64,000 bases of DNA from an uncultured Flavobacteriaceae bacterium (GCA_963835675.1 CAWIGH010000005.1:271874-335873), one strand, 5' to 3'; shown: positions 36,980-48,592, counted from the stretch's first letter. The notes: generated by a model not told the origin, from the letters alone. Numbers and translations are program-made.

Positions 36980-37429
36980 ATGCTAAATCCATTTGATGAT
37001 GTCTATTTTATGAAGCGCGCACTCCAGGAGGCAGAAACGGCATTCGAAAAGAATGAAGTACCTATTGGTGCCGTAGTTGTTATCAATAATAAGATCATTG
37101 CAAGAGGACATAACCTTACAGAAACCCTGAATGATGTAACGGCACATGCAGAAATGCAGGCTTTCACGGCGGCTTCAGACTTTTTGGGAGGAAAATACCT
37201 TAAAGGGTGTACTTTATATGTTACCCTGGAACCCTGTCAAATGTGTGCAGGTGCCAGTTACTGGGCCCAACTGGGAAAAATTGTATATGGTGCTAGGGAT
37301 GAGCAAAGAGGTTTTATACATTATAAAACGCAACTACATCCTAAAACAAAGGTCCTTGGAGGCATATTAGAAGATGAGTGCAGTGAGCTACTTACCCGAT
37401 TTTTTATACAAAAACGAAATTTGAACTGA
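36980..37429 (+). CDS. tadA: Nucleoside/tRNA adenosine deaminase
   Basis: TAHAEM, TLEPCQMCAGA. Confidence 0.72.
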   Translation: MLNPFDDVYFMKRALQEAETAFEKNEVPIGAVVVINNKIIARGHNLTETLNDVTAHAEMQAFTAASDFLGGKYLKGCTLYVTLEPCQMCAGASYWAQLGKIVYGARDEQRGFIHYKTQLHPKTKVLGGILEDECSELLTRFFIQKRNLN

Positions 37430-37446
37430 TAAAAGTTTCAAATATT

Positions 37447-37508
37447 GTCATTCCTGCGAAGGCAGGAATCTATTTGCTGACGAGTCTGAATTCCTGCCTT
37501 CGCAGGAA
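37447..37508. repeat. Inverted REP doublet (REPIN-like)
   Basis: GTCATTCCTGCGAAGGCAGGAATC ... AATTCCTGCCTTCGCAGGAA between convergent genes. Confidence 0.75.
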
Positions 37509-37597
37509 ATCAAAGATTCGATGAAGTCAATGACATAAAAAATATCAATAATATTTATGTTAGCACCGGTGCTTTTCGATAAAAAGTAGAATTTAAA

Positions 37598-37837
37598 TTA
37601 GAGATCTTTTTGATTGATCTTAAAAGGATTTTTACTCTTAGGATCAATTACATATTTTTTATATTTCCCCTTTCTATATCGGTAATAGATAAATAGAGGC
37701 ATCAATATAAAAGATAAAAATAAAATACCAAGGCCCATTACAATTTGATATTTCGGGTGATCAATATATTGAAGGTAGAGTCCCGTGACCATACTCCCGA
37801 GAAAAATAAAAAACAATATTTTTAACAATAGTTTCAT
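37598..37837 (-). CDS. Small two-TM membrane protein
   Basis: Two hydrophobic helices and a basic tail. Confidence 0.72.
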   Translation of the reverse strand: MKLLLKILFFIFLGSMVTGLYLQYIDHPKYQIVMGLGILFLSFILMPLFIYYRYRKGKYKKYVIDPKSKNPFKINQKDL

Positions 37838-37891
37838 TTGTTTAAAAATAATTTAACGCAGCTAAACTACAAAAAGTTATACCTTTAAAAC

Positions 37892-38890
37892 ATGAAATTA
37901 ATAAAACTAGTTTTATTTTCAATGTTGATAGGCATAATGCCTTATTATGGATGTAAATCAGTTAAAGAAACAACTATGATACCGATAAGATCTAAAAAAA
38001 TAGTGATTGCTCATCGAGGTGCCTCTGGTTATTTGCCTGAGCACACCATGGAGGCGAAGGCCATGGCCTATGCGATGGATGCCGATTTCATCGAACAAGA
38101 TCTTGTATTATCAAAAGACGATATTCCCATCGTAATTCACGATATACATTTAGAAACAGTCACAGATGTAGCAACAATATTTCCGGAAAGGAAAAGAAAA
38201 GATGGACGATTTTATGTTATCGATTTTACCTACGATGAACTTCAGACATTAAATGTTACTGAGAGATTTGACCCGGTAACAAAAAAAGCAGTTTTTCCGA
38301 AGCGATATCCTTTATGGAAATCAAAATTTAAGTTACATTCTTTACAAGAAGAAATTGAACTCATTCAAGGGTTAAATAAAAGTACAGGTAAACAGATAGG
38401 GATCTATCCCGAAATTAAAGAACCAAAATTTCATTTGAAAGAAGGCAAGGATATCTCCAAGATTGTTTTAAAAATATTATCTGAATATGGTTATAGATCG
38501 AAGGGTGATTATTGCATCTTACAATGTTTTGATGCCCAAGAGTTAAAACGTATAAGGAAGGAATTGAAATCAGACCTGATCTTATTGCAATTGATCGAAT
38601 TTAAAAAAGATGAAAAATATTTGAAAGATTATGCAAAATATGCTGATGGTTTGGGGCCGTGGTATAAGCAAATTTTAGATGGCAAAGACAGTAATGGACA
38701 TTGGCAATACTCAGATCTTGTAAAAAAAGCACATGATCTAGGTTTATTTGTACATGCTTATACCTTCCGTGAAGATGATCTCGATGGATTTAATTCGTTC
38801 GAGGAGTTAATTGATTTTGGTTTTAAAAAATTAGAATTAGATGGTGTTTTTACCGACTTTCCCGATAAGGCCGTTACTTTTAGGAAGTAG
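37892..38890 (+). CDS. glpQ: Glycerophosphodiester phosphodiesterase
   Basis: IAHRGASGYLPEHT, IEQDLVLSKD, IYPEIKEP, DGVFTDFPD. Confidence 0.92.
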   Translation: MKLIKLVLFSMLIGIMPYYGCKSVKETTMIPIRSKKIVIAHRGASGYLPEHTMEAKAMAYAMDADFIEQDLVLSKDDIPIVIHDIHLETVTDVATIFPERKRKDGRFYVIDFTYDELQTLNVTERFDPVTKKAVFPKRYPLWKSKFKLHSLQEEIELIQGLNKSTGKQIGIYPEIKEPKFHLKEGKDISKIVLKILSEYGYRSKGDYCILQCFDAQELKRIRKELKSDLILLQLIEFKKDEKYLKDYAKYADGLGPWYKQILDGKDSNGHWQYSDLVKKAHDLGLFVHAYTFREDDLDGFNSFEELIDFGFKKLELDGVFTDFPDKAVTFRK

Positions 38891-40670
38891 AAACCTGTAA
38901 TAATTTTTGTCGATATGCCGTAAGTAATCTCGATTTTGAGATATAACCGTAGTACTTACCTTTTTTGATGACAGGCAGATTCCATGCGCCACTTGTTTTA
39001 AATTTTTTCATTATACTACTCATAGTGTCCTTTTCAAAAATAATAATGTCGGCATCGGCATGCATTAGATTCTTTACCATTACTTTATCATAGAGCTTTG
39101 TATCGAACATTATATCTCTGATATCATCTAACCTGATCACACCCAGAAATTCATTATTGTCATTCACAACTGGAAAATGATTTCGCGATGATTTCGCGAC
39201 GGCATTCTTTAGAATTTCTCCTAACTTCATATCAGGAGAAAGTAAAATAAAATTGGTTTCAATTACTTTATCGATTTCCATCATCATCAGCACATTTTTA
39301 TCCTTATTATGAGTGATAAGTTCTCCTCTTTTGGCCAATTCGAGGGTGTAAATAGAATGAGAAACAAAATATCTGGTTATTGAAAAAGAAATGGCCGTTA
39401 CGAGCATTAAAGGAACAAATAGTTCATAACCACCTGTTATCTCTGCGATCAAAAAGATAGCTGTTAAAGGAGCGTGTAATACGCCAGCCATTAGCCCTGT
39501 CATCCCAAGTAAAGTAAAATTAGATTCGGAAACATGAAAACCTAAACCAATATTATTAATAACCTTGGCAAATAAATTACCAAGTGTACTACCCATAACA
39601 AGTGTAGGTATAAAGATACCGCCTACGCCACCGGCAGCAAAGGTCGTTGTCATAGCGATGGCTTTAAAAATGGCAATTCCTGCGAGTAGGCCCATTACAA
39701 CCCAAATATTATCTGTGTATTCATCAAAAGGTGTTGTGCCAAGTGCAGCAAGATGATCTCCGTGCAAAAGATTGTTGATAATACCATAGCCTTCACCATA
39801 TAAAGGCGGAATAAAATATAACATAACCCCAATAGCCATGCTGCCAATTACCAGTCTTTTTAGCGGATTTTTAAATTGTTTAAAAAATCGGTTTATCGCA
39901 AAAAAGATCTTTGAAAAATAGACAGACGCAAACCCGGTACCAATACCGAGTGCCGCATAAAATAAAATGTCTTTAATGACGAACTTATCTTGAATATCAT
40001 AAGAAAACAAGACATCTGTTCCTAAAAAGAAATAAGAGGTAACCACCGCAGAAACCGATGCTAATAATAGCGGAATCAACGAAGCAAAAGCGATATCAAG
40101 GCTAAAAATTTCGACTGCAAAAATAATGGCCGCAATAGGAGCTTTGAACATTGATGACATGGCACCTGCTGTTGCGCAACCGATCAATAACATTCGGGTT
40201 TTGGTATTCATGTGGAAAAGCTGTGCCACATTAGAGCCTATAGCCGCCCCTGTGCTTACCGCCGGTCCTTGTAACCCAACAGAACCACCAAATCCTGCCG
40301 TAATTGGAGCAGTAATAAGTGAGGCATAGATCTTATAACGCTCAATAATACCGTTGCGTTTTGAAATAGAAAATAAAGTGGACGGAATTCCGTGATGCAT
40401 TTCCCGTTTGATAAAATACTTCTTGATGAAATACACCAGTAATAAGCCTATAAACGGAAATATAAAGTAAAGGCTATTGTGAAATTTAAATATATATTCC
40501 CCTTCTAAAAGCTCCTGAATAAAATGCGTAAAATTTTTCAGGATCAAAGTACCAATACCTGCCAAAAAACCTACCAAGATGCTTAATATATAAATAAACC
40601 TTCTTTCAGGGATATATTTATATCTCCAAATCAAAATTTTACGTAAAATATCCTTTGATTTTATAGGCAT
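38880..40670 (-). CDS. ClC-family chloride channel protein with CBS pair
   Basis: HGIP, GGSVGLQGP, GGVGGIFIP, C-terminal CBS domains. Confidence 0.9.
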   Translation of the reverse strand: MPIKSKDILRKILIWRYKYIPERRFIYILSILVGFLAGIGTLILKNFTHFIQELLEGEYIFKFHNSLYFIFPFIGLLLVYFIKKYFIKREMHHGIPSTLFSISKRNGIIERYKIYASLITAPITAGFGGSVGLQGPAVSTGAAIGSNVAQLFHMNTKTRMLLIGCATAGAMSSMFKAPIAAIIFAVEIFSLDIAFASLIPLLLASVSAVVTSYFFLGTDVLFSYDIQDKFVIKDILFYAALGIGTGFASVYFSKIFFAINRFFKQFKNPLKRLVIGSMAIGVMLYFIPPLYGEGYGIINNLLHGDHLAALGTTPFDEYTDNIWVVMGLLAGIAIFKAIAMTTTFAAGGVGGIFIPTLVMGSTLGNLFAKVINNIGLGFHVSESNFTLLGMTGLMAGVLHAPLTAIFLIAEITGGYELFVPLMLVTAISFSITRYFVSHSIYTLELAKRGELITHNKDKNVLMMMEIDKVIETNFILLSPDMKLGEILKNAVAKSSRNHFPVVNDNNEFLGVIRLDDIRDIMFDTKLYDKVMVKNLMHADADIIIFEKDTMSSIMKKFKTSGAWNLPVIKKGKYYGYISKSRLLTAYRQKLLQVSTS

Positions 40671-40693
40671 TCTTTAGCGAACAAATACTTTGC

Positions 40694-42454
40694 TTAGGGT
40701 TTGGGTTTTATATTTAATTTTAAATTCAATTCTTCTAATTGCGCTTTATCAATAGGTGATGGAGCATCGATCATAATATCTCGCCCGGAATTGTTTTTCG
40801 GGAAAGCAATAAAATCGCGAATGGTTTCCTGTCCGCCTAGAATAGCCACTAACCTGTCTAATCCAAAGGCGATACCACCATGAGGGGGAGCACCATATTC
40901 AAAGGCATTCATTAAAAATCCGAATTGGGCTTTGGCTTGTTCCTTAGTAAAACCTAAATGGTCGAACATTAAGGATTGTGTTTTTTTATCATGAATTCTA
41001 ATCGAACCACCTCCAATTTCATTGCCGTTCAATACAAGATCATAAGCATTCGCCCTTACCTTTCCCGGATCTGTATCTAGCAATCGCATATCTTCAGGTT
41101 TTGGTGATGTAAAAGGATGGTGCATGGCATGATAACGCTTTGTATCTTCATCCCATTCCAGCAAAGGGAAATCTGTAACCCAAAGCGGTGCGAATTCTTT
41201 CGGATTTCGTAAACCCAAACGTGTTGCCATTTCCATGCGCAGGGCGCTTAGCTGTGTTCTAACTTTATCCCTTTCACCCGATAACACACAAATAAGGTCT
41301 CCCGATTTAGCTCCGGTTATTTTCGCCCATTCTGAGAGATCCTTTTGATCATAGAATTTATCTACCGATGATTTATAAGTACCGTCATCATTACAACGAA
41401 CATATACCATTCCTAAAGCACCTATTTGAGGGCGCTTGATCCAGTCGGTTAACTTGTCGATATCCTTTCTGGTAAATGAGTTGGCACCGGGCACTGCAAT
41501 ACCTACTACCAATTCTGCCTGATTGAAAACATTAAAATCTTTATGTTGTGCCGCTTCGTTTAATTCTCCAAACTCCATTCCAAAACGAATATCGGGCTTG
41601 TCATTACCATACTTTTTCATAGCTTCATCAAAGCTCATTCGAGGAAATTTAGAAACTTCTACACCGTTAATTTCTTTTAATAAATGACGTGTTAATCCTT
41701 CAAATGCATTTAAAATATCCTCTTGTTCAACAAAGGCCATTTCGCAATCTATTTGTGTAAATTCAGGTTGCCTGTCAGCCCTTAGGTCTTCATCCCTGAA
41801 ACATTTTACCAATTGAAAATATTTGTCCATTCCACCTACCATCAATAACTGCTTAAAAGTTTGGGGAGATTGAGGCAGGGCATAAAATTGACCTTCGTTC
41901 ATCCTTGATGGTACTACGAAATCGCGGGCACCTTCGGGTGTTGATTTTATCAAATAGGGCGTTTCTACTTCAATAAAACCTTCTTTTGACAGATAATATC
42001 GAACTTCTTGTGCTACTTTATGACGGAAAATCAACTTTTCCTTTACCGGATTTCTGCGGATATCTAAATATCGATATTTCATTCTGAGTTCCTCACCGCC
42101 ATCTGTTTCATCTTCAATGGTAAAAGGCGGAAGCAAAGATTTATTTAAGATTTCAAGTTCCGAAACCAGAATTTCAATTTCCCCGGTGGGGATATTCGGA
42201 TTTTTAGAGGTGCGTTCTATAACCGTACCTTTCACCTGAATTACAAATTCACGTCCCAGTTTTTGCGCTTGTTCCAACAAGGTTTTTGAAGAACGATCTT
42301 CATCAAAGATCAATTGGGTAATTCCATATCTATCACGAAGGTCTACCCAGATCATAAATCCTTTATCACGCACTTTCTGAACCCATCCGGCAAGAGTAAC
42401 TTCTTTATTTATATGTGATGCTTTTAATTCACCACAGTTGTGACTTCTGTACAT
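40694..42454 (-). CDS. aspS: Aspartate-tRNA ligase
   Basis: [48 protein letters not shown]. Confidence 0.97.
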   Translation of the reverse strand: MYRSHNCGELKASHINKEVTLAGWVQKVRDKGFMIWVDLRDRYGITQLIFDEDRSSKTLLEQAQKLGREFVIQVKGTVIERTSKNPNIPTGEIEILVSELEILNKSLLPPFTIEDETDGGEELRMKYRYLDIRRNPVKEKLIFRHKVAQEVRYYLSKEGFIEVETPYLIKSTPEGARDFVVPSRMNEGQFYALPQSPQTFKQLLMVGGMDKYFQLVKCFRDEDLRADRQPEFTQIDCEMAFVEQEDILNAFEGLTRHLLKEINGVEVSKFPRMSFDEAMKKYGNDKPDIRFGMEFGELNEAAQHKDFNVFNQAELVVGIAVPGANSFTRKDIDKLTDWIKRPQIGALGMVYVRCNDDGTYKSSVDKFYDQKDLSEWAKITGAKSGDLICVLSGERDKVRTQLSALRMEMATRLGLRNPKEFAPLWVTDFPLLEWDEDTKRYHAMHHPFTSPKPEDMRLLDTDPGKVRANAYDLVLNGNEIGGGSIRIHDKKTQSLMFDHLGFTKEQAKAQFGFLMNAFEYGAPPHGGIAFGLDRLVAILGGQETIRDFIAFPKNNSGRDIMIDAPSPIDKAQLEELNLKLNIKPKP

Positions 42455-42601
42455 TTCTTTCTTAAAAATTAAGCTGTAAATTTAATGAAATACTATGTAC
42501 ATTAAATCATTTCTGTTTTATTTTTGATTATTAGCCTAAACACGGGCAATATTGCTATCCTATTTGTCGACTTATCCTTAATTTTTCTTTAAATTTAACA
42601 T

Positions 42602-44377
42602 ATGGATCCCAAAAAACTCTTTTCTGAACTAAAAAGGCGAAAAGTCTATGGGGTAGCAATTTCTTATGGAATTACCGCATGGGTGTTGGCTCAAATTGCT
42701 GGTTTGGTGACTAGTAGTTTTGAGGCTCCTCCATGGGTAATGAAAATGATAATTATAGCCCTTATAATTGGCTTACCAATAGCGGTCATTCTTGCATGGG
42801 TTTATGATATGACCCCGCAAGGTATCATAAAAACAAAACCCGAAGCGCTTGAAAATAATCAGACCCAAAAGAGTAAGAAATCAATTATTTGGAGTTTATT
42901 TTTAAGTGCCATCATAATCATAAGCTTTGTGACTATAGGTAGTTGGTGGGCTTTAAATATTTACAAATCAACAGATGCAAAAGCTACGAAATCCTTGGCT
43001 ATACTACCTTTAAGAGATTTTACCCAAGATGATAGTAGAGATTATTTAGCAGACGGATTACATTCTAATTTGATAACGCAAGTATCAAAAATAAGTTCGC
43101 TAAGAACAATTCCGCCAAGGTCTACATTGCAATATAAAAACTCTGAAAAAGCGATATCTGAAATTGCCAAAGAATTAGGCGTAGATGTAATTATGGAAAC
43201 CGATATCATGAAATTTGGAGATACGGTTCAATTAAATATTAAATTGATACAGGCATTTCCCAAAGAACGAACTATTTGGGGGCATCTTTTTGAAAAGCCT
43301 ATGAGTGATATATATGCATTGTATAATGACGTTTCTCAACAAATTGCCAAGGAGCTGGGTATTTCTTTAACCGAACAAGAGAAATCGGTTTTATCAACAG
43401 CCAGGAAAGTTGACCCGGAAGCATATCTAGCCTATATTAAAGGAGTGTCTTCTTGGAGTAAGGCAACAAGGAAAGATATTGATCAGTCATTAAAATATTT
43501 TCAGCTGGCTATGCAAATTGACCCTGAATATGCTGCGGCCTATGCTGGTGTTGGATTGGTTTGGATTGGAAGAATGCAACATGGTTTTTATCCTGGTATT
43601 GAAATTATTCCAAAACTCGATTCCCTAATGTCAAAAGCATTGGAATTAGACAATTCATTATCGGAAGTTCATTATAGTATTGCGTTATATAACACTTGGG
43701 TGAAATGGGATTGGGAACGTGCCGGAGTAGCCTTTAAAAGAACAATTGAGCTTAACCCTAACTATGCCGATGTTCGAGCATTTTATTCCCATTATCTATA
43801 TATTATTGGCAAGCCCGACCAAGCCTTAGAACAAATAAACAAAGCACTGGAACTTGACCCTGTTAGCCCTTTAATTCAGGCTATTTATGGTATGGCTCTA
43901 AATTTCAGTCGGAATTTCGAAGAAGTTATTGAACTTCTAAATAAAACATTGAGGAACACTCCTAATGATCCTATAGCACTTGGGGCATTACGTTCTGCAT
44001 ATCATAATAATAAAGAATTTGATAAAGCCTATGAGATTTTTATCAGATCCTATGAGGTCATAAATGATGCAGAAGCGGTATTGTTCCTGAGAAAAGGTTA
44101 TGCTAATGGGGGCTATCCTGGTGCGCTTAATAGTTTAGCCAAGTTGCTCATTGACCGGTCTTCTTCTGCTACAACATATGTAACGCCATGGAGAATTGGT
44201 ACGCTCTATACACGGGCGGGAAATAACGATCTGGCCATTAATTATCTATATGCGGCTTATAACGAACACGATTCGAATATGCCCTATATCAATATTGATC
44301 CAATATTTGACGATCTAAAAAACTATCCGGAATTCAGAAATTTAATTGCTAAGATGAATTTTCCAAATTCTGATTAA
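42602..44377 (+). CDS. Membrane-anchored TolB-like/TPR protein without a catalytic domain
   Basis: FSELKRRKVY N-terminus, SLAILPL...DYLADGLH, TPR repeats, IDPIFDDL. Confidence 0.8.
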   Translation: MDPKKLFSELKRRKVYGVAISYGITAWVLAQIAGLVTSSFEAPPWVMKMIIIALIIGLPIAVILAWVYDMTPQGIIKTKPEALENNQTQKSKKSIIWSLFLSAIIIISFVTIGSWWALNIYKSTDAKATKSLAILPLRDFTQDDSRDYLADGLHSNLITQVSKISSLRTIPPRSTLQYKNSEKAISEIAKELGVDVIMETDIMKFGDTVQLNIKLIQAFPKERTIWGHLFEKPMSDIYALYNDVSQQIAKELGISLTEQEKSVLSTARKVDPEAYLAYIKGVSSWSKATRKDIDQSLKYFQLAMQIDPEYAAAYAGVGLVWIGRMQHGFYPGIEIIPKLDSLMSKALELDNSLSEVHYSIALYNTWVKWDWERAGVAFKRTIELNPNYADVRAFYSHYLYIIGKPDQALEQINKALELDPVSPLIQAIYGMALNFSRNFEEVIELLNKTLRNTPNDPIALGALRSAYHNNKEFDKAYEIFIRSYEVINDAEAVLFLRKGYANGGYPGALNSLAKLLIDRSSSATTYVTPWRIGTLYTRAGNNDLAINYLYAAYNEHDSNMPYINIDPIFDDLKNYPEFRNLIAKMNFPNSD

Positions 44378-44420
44378 ATAAATTCTAACTTTACATTTTT
44401 TGAAAAGTCATTAACATAAT

Positions 44421-45092
44421 ATGTCAAAACTATATATTGTTCCAACACCTATAGGAAATCTGGAAGACATGACCTTGCGTGCCATTAAAGTATTGCAGGA
44501 AGTAGATTTGATCCTTGCAGAAGACACACGTACCTCTGGTAAACTATTGAAGCATTTTGAAATTGCTACCCCTATGCAAAGCCACCATATGCATAATGAA
44601 CATAAAATGGTTGATAGGATCGTTGAGCGATTAAAAAGCGGAGAAAATATAGCCCTCATTTCAGATGCAGGCACTCCGGCGATTTCCGACCCCGGCTTTT
44701 TATTAACCCGTGCCTGTGTTGAAAATGAAATCGAGGTGGATTGCTTACCAGGAGCTACCGCTTTTGTTCCGGCACTTGTCAATAGTGGTTTCCCAAATGA
44801 CAAATTTGTTTTTGAGGGATTTCTTCCTATAAAAAAAGGCAGACAAACCCGGCTTCAATTTTTAGCAGAAGAATCCCGAACGATGATCTTTTATGAATCG
44901 CCGCATAAACTGATCAAAACATTAACGCAATTTTCTGAATATTTTGGTCAAGACAGAAAAGTGTCTGTATCTCGTGAAATGACAAAGCTATATGAAGAAA
45001 CCATAAGAGGTACAGTAAAGGAACTTTTAAGTCATTTTGAAAACAAGACGCCTAAAGGTGAGTTTGTGATAGTTATGGAAGGAAAGAAATAA
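44421..45092 (+). CDS. rsmI: 16S rRNA C1402 2'-O-methyltransferase
   Basis: PTPIGNLED, AEDTR, SDAGTPAISDPG, FYESPHK. Confidence 0.95.
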   Translation: MSKLYIVPTPIGNLEDMTLRAIKVLQEVDLILAEDTRTSGKLLKHFEIATPMQSHHMHNEHKMVDRIVERLKSGENIALISDAGTPAISDPGFLLTRACVENEIEVDCLPGATAFVPALVNSGFPNDKFVFEGFLPIKKGRQTRLQFLAEESRTMIFYESPHKLIKTLTQFSEYFGQDRKVSVSREMTKLYEETIRGTVKELLSHFENKTPKGEFVIVMEGKK

Positions 45093-45123
45093 AGAAGTAT
45101 TAAGTAAATTCAAGCACTAAATA

Positions 45124-45714
45124 TCACCCATGCTTCCCTATATTCCACCCATGTTTGCCCAAGTATTGCTCACCACTTTCAACAGCACCATTTTCAATGG
45201 AAGTACCCATAGAATCGTTCCACCGGTTCAAGTATCCAAATAAAGCGATGACCCCTAACATTTCCACAATTTCGCCTTCATTCCAATATTCATACAATCG
45301 ATTTTTAATCGTTTCATCAACGGCGTTGGGTACAGTAGAAGCTGCCAAAGAAAAATCCAGCGCAGCACGTTCTGCTTCATTAAAAGCAGGGTGTGTTCTG
45401 TATTCCCAAATATTATCAAGTTGTTCCTGTTCGGCCCCATAACGCTCTGCGGCCCTAATAGCATGCGCCTGGCAATATCGGCAACCGGTAGCGTTACTGC
45501 TTACCCAGGCAATCATTCGTTTAAGGGCTGAAGTAACGCGTCCTTCATTGGCCATGACGGCCTTATTCAAATTAATAAAGGCCTTACTTATGGCCGGACG
45601 ATGTTGCATGGTAAGCACTGAATTCGGGCAAAAACCAAGGGTTTCATTAAAGAATTCTGCTAATTTTTTTGTTTCTAAATTATGATCTGGAGAAAGAGGC
45701 TTTACTAAGGGCAT
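45124..45714 (-). CDS. Carboxymuconolactone decarboxylase/AhpD-family protein
   Basis: GCRYCQAH, FNEAERAAL, FGYLNRWN. Confidence 0.85.
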   Translation of the reverse strand: MPLVKPLSPDHNLETKKLAEFFNETLGFCPNSVLTMQHRPAISKAFINLNKAVMANEGRVTSALKRMIAWVSSNATGCRYCQAHAIRAAERYGAEQEQLDNIWEYRTHPAFNEAERAALDFSLAASTVPNAVDETIKNRLYEYWNEGEIVEMLGVIALFGYLNRWNDSMGTSIENGAVESGEQYLGKHGWNIGKHG

Positions 45715-45772
45715 ATTACTATAAAATTAATTAATTTTGCGGTTTCAAATTAAACAAATAAATAAGTCTATT

Positions 45773-46192
45773 ATGATAAATATAGTAAAAACTACATGGA
45801 AAGGAAAAATGCTTTTTGAATCTACCAATCAAGGAGGAAATTTTTTGATCGATGCCGACAAAGAAGTCGGGGGTGAGGGGAAAGGATTAAGGCCAAAAGC
45901 ATTGATGTTATCTTCATTGGCCGGTTGCTCCGGATTGGACGTTGTATCCCTTTTAAAAAAGATGCGAGCCGAAGTTAAAGATTTTAATATAGAAATAGAA
46001 GCAGAACTTACCGATGAGCATCCGAAATTTTATAAAAAAGTAAAGGTGATCTACAATTTTTATGATAGCGAATTTAAAAAAGATAAAATAGAAAAATCTG
46101 TAAATCTATCTGAAGAACGCTATTGTGGAGTGATGCACATGTTTAAACAATTTGCCGAAGTTACTACCGAAATAAAATACCATACTTTATAA
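45773..46192 (+). CDS. OsmC-family protein
   Basis: RPKALMLSSLAGCSG, ERYCGV; TAATTTTG -7 box at 45732-45739 favours ATG 45773. Confidence 0.88.
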   Translation: MINIVKTTWKGKMLFESTNQGGNFLIDADKEVGGEGKGLRPKALMLSSLAGCSGLDVVSLLKKMRAEVKDFNIEIEAELTDEHPKFYKKVKVIYNFYDSEFKKDKIEKSVNLSEERYCGVMHMFKQFAEVTTEIKYHTL

Positions 46193-46193
46193 T

Positions 46194-47894
46194 ATGCGCT
46201 GGACGCTTAAGCCAAAACCTTCTCAAGATAAAGTTTTAGAACTGGCTACTGAACTTTCAGTAGACCAGAATATAGCGTCCTTATTATTACAGCGTGGCAT
46301 TGAAACTTACCGGGAAGCCAAAGCTTTTTTCAGGCCTGTATTAGACGATTTACATGATCCGTTTTTAATGCAAGACATGCATAAGGCGGTTGCACGTATA
46401 AACAAGGCCATTGCAAACAATGAGAATATTTTGGTCTATGGCGATTATGATGTTGATGGTACAACGGCCGTTTCATTAGTCTCTTCGTATTTAAAATCGC
46501 ATTATGGCAATGTTGCCACTTATATACCAGATCGATATGAAGAAGGTTATGGTATTTCATTTAAAGGAATTGATTTTGCTGAAGACAATAACTTTTCACT
46601 GATTATAGCCCTCGATTGTGGGATCAAGGCTATTGATAAGGTAGATTACGCTATTAAAAAAGGCATAGATTTTATAATTTGTGATCATCACAGGCCTGGA
46701 GATGAACTTCCAAACGCAGTGGCCGTTTTAGACCCAAAACGCGATGATTGCCAATATCCTTACGATGAACTTTGTGGTTGTGGCGTTGGATTTAAACTAG
46801 TGCAAGCCTTGGCTTCAGAACACAAGCAAACGATTGAAGATCTTTTACCTTATTTAGATCTGGTGGCGACGGCCATTGCGGCTGATATTGTTCCGATGAC
46901 AGGAGAGAATAGAATATTGGCCTATTATGGATTAGAACAGATCAATACCAATCCGAGAGCCGGTATAAAGGCAATTATCCATCAGATAAAAAAAGACATC
47001 TTAAATATTACCGATGTTGTTTTTATCATTGCGCCCCGAATCAATGCGGCAGGAAGAATGAAACACGGCAGTTATGCTGTAGAATTACTCACCGAAGAGA
47101 ATTTTGACATTGCCCAACAAATGGCCGCTGAGATCGAGATCTTTAATACCGATAGAAGGAATTTAGATGCCCTAATTACTAACGAGGCTTTAGTTCAAAT
47201 TGAAGGTCAAAAAGAAGAAGGCAATGCCACCACCGTCGTTTACCAGGCGGATTGGCATAAGGGGGTGATTGGAATTGTAGCTTCCCGTTTGATAGAAACC
47301 TATTACAGGCCGACCTTGGTTTTTACTAAAAATAATAATAAACTGGCAGCTTCTGCGCGTTCGGTTTCCGGATTTGATGTGTATAATGCGCTTGATGCTT
47401 GTTCAATGTTCATCGAACAATTTGGAGGGCATAAATATGCAGCAGGGCTAACTTTATTAGAAGAGAACTACGAAAATTTCAAACAAAAATTTGAAGAGGT
47501 AGTTAAAGAAACTATACCTGATGAATTATTACATCCCGAAATAAAAATTGACCAGGAGATCGAACTTTCTGAGATTACGCCAAAATTTTATAGAGTGTTA
47601 AAATTATTCGGGCCTTTCGGGCCAAAGAATATGAAACCTTGTTTTAAAGCAAGTGGCGTAAGAGATACGGGTTATAGTCGTAAAGTAGGGAGCGATGAAA
47701 GCCATCTGAAATTAAATATTATAGCTAAGGATGGCAACACGAAGTTTGACGGAATTGGCTTTGGTTTGGGAGAATGGCATGAAAAAATCAAAGACGGGAA
47801 TCTTTTCAATATTGTATTTACCATCGACGAAAATTATTGGAATGGGAATACAACCTTGCAATTAAATGTGAAGGATATTAAATTAGCTGATTAA
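46194..47894 (+). CDS. recJ: ssDNA exonuclease RecJ
   Basis: YGDYDVDG, DCG, DHH, APRINAAGR, FGGHKYAAG. Confidence 0.96.
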   Translation: MRWTLKPKPSQDKVLELATELSVDQNIASLLLQRGIETYREAKAFFRPVLDDLHDPFLMQDMHKAVARINKAIANNENILVYGDYDVDGTTAVSLVSSYLKSHYGNVATYIPDRYEEGYGISFKGIDFAEDNNFSLIIALDCGIKAIDKVDYAIKKGIDFIICDHHRPGDELPNAVAVLDPKRDDCQYPYDELCGCGVGFKLVQALASEHKQTIEDLLPYLDLVATAIAADIVPMTGENRILAYYGLEQINTNPRAGIKAIIHQIKKDILNITDVVFIIAPRINAAGRMKHGSYAVELLTEENFDIAQQMAAEIEIFNTDRRNLDALITNEALVQIEGQKEEGNATTVVYQADWHKGVIGIVASRLIETYYRPTLVFTKNNNKLAASARSVSGFDVYNALDACSMFIEQFGGHKYAAGLTLLEENYENFKQKFEEVVKETIPDELLHPEIKIDQEIELSEITPKFYRVLKLFGPFGPKNMKPCFKASGVRDTGYSRKVGSDESHLKLNIIAKDGNTKFDGIGFGLGEWHEKIKDGNLFNIVFTIDENYWNGNTTLQLNVKDIKLAD

Positions 47895-47906
47895 TCCTTT
47901 TGTGGG

Positions 47907-48557
47907 TTAGGCTTTTTTTAACTTTGAAATTGTAGCCATCGGATCTTTACTTTTGAATACAAAACTACCGGCAACCAATACATCAGCTCCTGCAGTGACT
48001 AGTTTAGGACAATTTTCATCGTTTACGCCGCCGTCAATTTCAATGACAGCTTTAGAACCCGATTTTTCGATAAGATCTTTTAATTGGATCACTTTTTTAT
48101 AAGTATTCTCAATAAAACTTTGTCCGCCAAAACCGGGATTCACGCTCATGATGAGCACCAGGTCTAAATTAACAATGATATCTTCTAAAACAGCAATAGG
48201 CGTGTGGGGATTCAACGAAACACCGGCCTGCATTCCTTCTGCTTTGATCGCCTGAACCGTTCTGTGTAAATGCGTACAAGCTTCATAATGAACCGTCAAA
48301 ATATCGGCCCCAGCTTTTTTAAAGTCCGAAATATAACGGTCGGGATCTACGATCATTAGATGTACATCCATCACTTTTTTGGCATGTTTCTTAATGGCTT
48401 TCATCACAGGAATACCAAAAGAGATATTAGGCACAAATACCCCATCCATCACATCAATATGAAACCAGTCGGCCTCACTATTGTTTACCATTTCAATATC
48501 GCGTTGTAAATTGGCAAAATCTGCCGCCAACATGGAAGGAGCTATCAGGTGACTCAT
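47907..48557 (-). CDS. rpe: Ribulose-phosphate 3-epimerase
   Basis: HIDVMDGVFVPN, DVHLMI, MSVNPGFGGQ, IDGG. Confidence 0.96.
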   Translation of the reverse strand: MSHLIAPSMLAADFANLQRDIEMVNNSEADWFHIDVMDGVFVPNISFGIPVMKAIKKHAKKVMDVHLMIVDPDRYISDFKKAGADILTVHYEACTHLHRTVQAIKAEGMQAGVSLNPHTPIAVLEDIIVNLDLVLIMSVNPGFGGQSFIENTYKKVIQLKDLIEKSGSKAVIEIDGGVNDENCPKLVTAGADVLVAGSFVFKSKDPMATISKLKKA

Positions 48558-48592
48558 GTATATTTTTTTACAAAAATAATATTATAAAACAG

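Noticed and set aside
42602-44377. Adenylate cyclase or kinase call for the TolB-like/TPR protein
   Set aside because: Only the TM, TolB-like and TPR parts of that architecture are present; no catalytic motifs.
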